From Anthoceros angustus (taxonomy: Eukaryota > Plantae > Anthocerotophyta), in assembly GCA_010909165.1 (NCBI GenBank), contig VJWM01000255.1, forward strand, positions 1 through 64,000: a stretch of 64,000 bases of DNA, read 5' to 3'. The position numbers and the translations under genes were made by a program. Of this stretch, positions 61,367 to 64,000 are shown piece after piece; the stretch's first letter is position 1, and each line of letters begins with the position of its first letter. Below the pieces are notes generated by a model. It searched no databases. It saw only the letters and a list, made by a program, of their open reading frames with translations, and was not told the origin of the DNA.

Positions 61367-63928
61367 CTATTCTTTGAAGTCGTCCTTGTCATCCAAAGGG
61401 ATAGCCTGATTCCTCCAGTAGACAGCCAACGCGCTTCCACCCAACTGGACATCAGGAGACATCGATCAGACAGACATGTTGGCTTGTGACACAGCTGAAA
61501 CGTGGAGCAGAGTCTTGAGCCAGGAATCTTACCGCCATGCAGACTACACTAACAGCAGAAGGCACTGCCACTAATGGGTTGCTGAAGTGCTTTTGAGCCA
61601 GCAGGAAACCGAGGGCAGAGCTCTGCGATCATTTTTGTGTGAGGTTGGCGGGAACAGAGCAAACGGAAAGAGGAACGAACATGAGTAAGTAAGTTCACTG
61701 TACCTGCATTCCACACTCAATAGAAATGGTCCTGGCTGTTGACTCTCCGAATTTGAACGCTTTTGACATCCAGTAGCCGATCAGAAATGCAGCGGCATGC
61801 AGAATGGCGACGGGTAAAATCAACTTAGCTCCTTCAGCTACAAGCACGTCAGAAACTTGCCCAATCTGCATCATACGCTCAAGTTAGACACATCGCACCT
61901 TGATCGATAGACAGGAACAACAATCTGTGAGAAGAGAAACTTACAGGGCTGGCACAGAGGAGGGTTGTGAGGAGGACACCAACCAATGGTGTTACAGTTA
62001 CTATCTTCTTTGTGAACTTGGGGAAAAACTCGTTAGCAAGAACTGCATCAAACAGAGACACAGAGGATGTCTAACAACAGCTGTGAAAAGAGAGAAAGGT
62101 ATGCTTCATTTAGACTTTCGAAGGTCCTACCTCCAATAATGGTGGGCACCAAGACCACTTGGAAAGTGCTAATGGCCAGACCCTGTGGAAAAACACTTCA
62201 TGCCTCAGCAAGTGTGAAGAAAGACGTGAAACAGGAAACACATTTGGCATATTTTCTGAGAAGAGTAGGACAGTAAGTAAGAACATACCACGGCATCAAC
62301 TGGGACCAACTGCCCAGCGAGCAATTTCGTGAGAAGTGGAGTCATGAAAATGGCACCAATGGTAGACGCTCTGCAAGCACAGGTGCACTCATCGTCATCT
62401 CATTGACGGCCCCCACGTGAGAGTGGGATCCAACGCTAACACAACATCAGCCCCTTGCGAGTTAGATCAATTTGGAGACATACGTTGTCATGAGGACTGA
62501 CAGAGCAACGTTCCCCTTCGAAATGTACGTCGCAACATTGGACGCTTGACCCCCAGGACAGCATGACACCAAAATAAGGCCTGTAGCGAGGGGAGCTGAC
62601 AGCTTGAGACTCTGCCGCACAGTTCAAACAGACAGCAATCAGTCTAACTGTAGCGGCCAAGAACTCACCTGGCAGCATCACAGTTATGAGTGACAGGGTT
62701 TGAGCACTAGACTCACCAAGGCAATCAGAAAACCAAGGATTGGCTTCACACAATACTGAGCTAGAAATCCAACTCCAACCTGTGTACCAACCACTCTGGC
62801 TGTTAGTACAACCACAAAGGTCAAGAGACCAGAGTACTCTGCCCCTGAGTCAAGACCTCGAGACACAGCGAAAACTTACAGTCCACGGATTTCTTGCACA
62901 CCGCCTGAAATCATCGAACGTCAGTGTGAGTCCCATGGACAGCATAAGGAAACCCAAACCGAGGGTAAACAGATCAGTCTGGAGCCACGTCACCTGTAGT
63001 AAGACAACGTGGAGAGTTAAAATTGGAGAAGGTAATTCAGAGGGAATGCTAGAGAACGGACACGTAGCTAGCTGGTGATGTACTTACTGCAGCTGGTTTC
63101 ACGATCCCAATAATGGTGCCCAGAATAACCTGGCATAGTCCAGAGAGTTCCAGAATCAGCAAAACGTTCTGACAACAACAGGGAGCTCCTGGAGGGAGCA
63201 GACTGACTGACTCCGATGGAGAAAGGATGCTACATTCCTTCTTACCCAGATTGGAAACATTGTGGTCAACAGTTCCACAACCTTGGTGAACGTGGATGTC
63301 TCTTCTGCATGGCTGGGAAGGTCAGAACCACCAACCGCACCGGCCTCGGCCTTGCATGCCACCTGGCTCCTCCTGCAGATTCTTGCAACAACAGAATGAG
63401 TGTTCTCTCTCGAATCTGGATTACCCTAGTCCACCAACTCAGCACACATTCCACACAATAGCCGCGGGCCCGAACACCTGATACAGCGGTGCACCCGGTG
63501 CTGGGAAAGAAAAAGAAACCAGTCACGAACCTGCGCGCAAATGGCAGACCCGGCGTTGCAGCCACAGCCCTGGACTGCGCTCCTCCAAAGAATGCTGACA
63601 AGGAGCTGGAACTCCTGCCATCCGAGGACGCCCGCTGAGCACCTGCGAGCACACATTGTGCGGGTGTAAGCTCCCGCCACCGAGACCAGACTGTCAGAGG
63701 ACAGACTAAACGATCTCCCCCGGCCCCCACATTCAGGAGCCACAAATACCCCTCACAGGCCCAGAAAGGCCGCCAATGCGTAAGGAACAAGGAAGGAAAA
63801 CACGTACCAGGCAGTCCCTGCAGAGCCCGAAAGCGCACTTGGCACGGGGCGGAGGAGGCGATGCTGCGCGGCTGCGGGCTCTGAGCAGCAACCTGGGCTG
63901 GGGAGACGGCGCTCATGGCGGAGGCCAT
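61367..63928 (-). CDS. BASS2: Plastid sodium/pyruvate cotransporter (bile acid:sodium symporter family), multi-exon
   Basis: [63 protein letters not shown]; ends ...DFKE*. Confidence 0.93.
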
Positions 63929-64000
63929 GGCGAAAATGAGCCCCCGGGAGGCTGGATCCTGCAGCGGCTGACGGTGTTGCTGCTGTTACTGCTGCTGCTG

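Overview
Eukaryotic, non-seed land-plant-like DNA (compact genes with short GT-AG introns, PLS-class PPR, plastid genes; a hornwort-like origin is my inference). Bases 1-20,400 are a nested transposon island. Bases 21,400-39,700 and 48,200-64,000 are gene-dense: GH3, At3g53490-like, intronless DNA primase small subunit, holocarboxylase synthetase, SEP1, THOC5, PLS-E PPR, kappa-class GST, FKBP42/TWD1, DEG1, PDX2, a divergent cysteine synthase, TatA and BASS2. Bases 39,800-47,800 hold a CRE-like non-LTR RT, CACTA ends and a ~2 kb tandem duplication. The main candidate discovery is a family of TIR DNA transposons (TIR AACACGATAATTTTGCAAGGGG, 4-bp TSD) that carries a prokaryote-type beta-class N4/N6 DNA amino-methyltransferase. 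Three homologous MTase copies or remnants are present, two of them just inside homologous right termini. Nearby are a degenerate ParB-like ORF and a divergently oriented Sola-like DDD transposase, which suggests an autonomous transposase + ParB-MTase element broken up by LTR insertions. Gene structures and frameshift reconstructions were done by eye and coordinates of degenerate features are approximate. Many single-base indels in the repeat regions may be sequencing error rather than decay.
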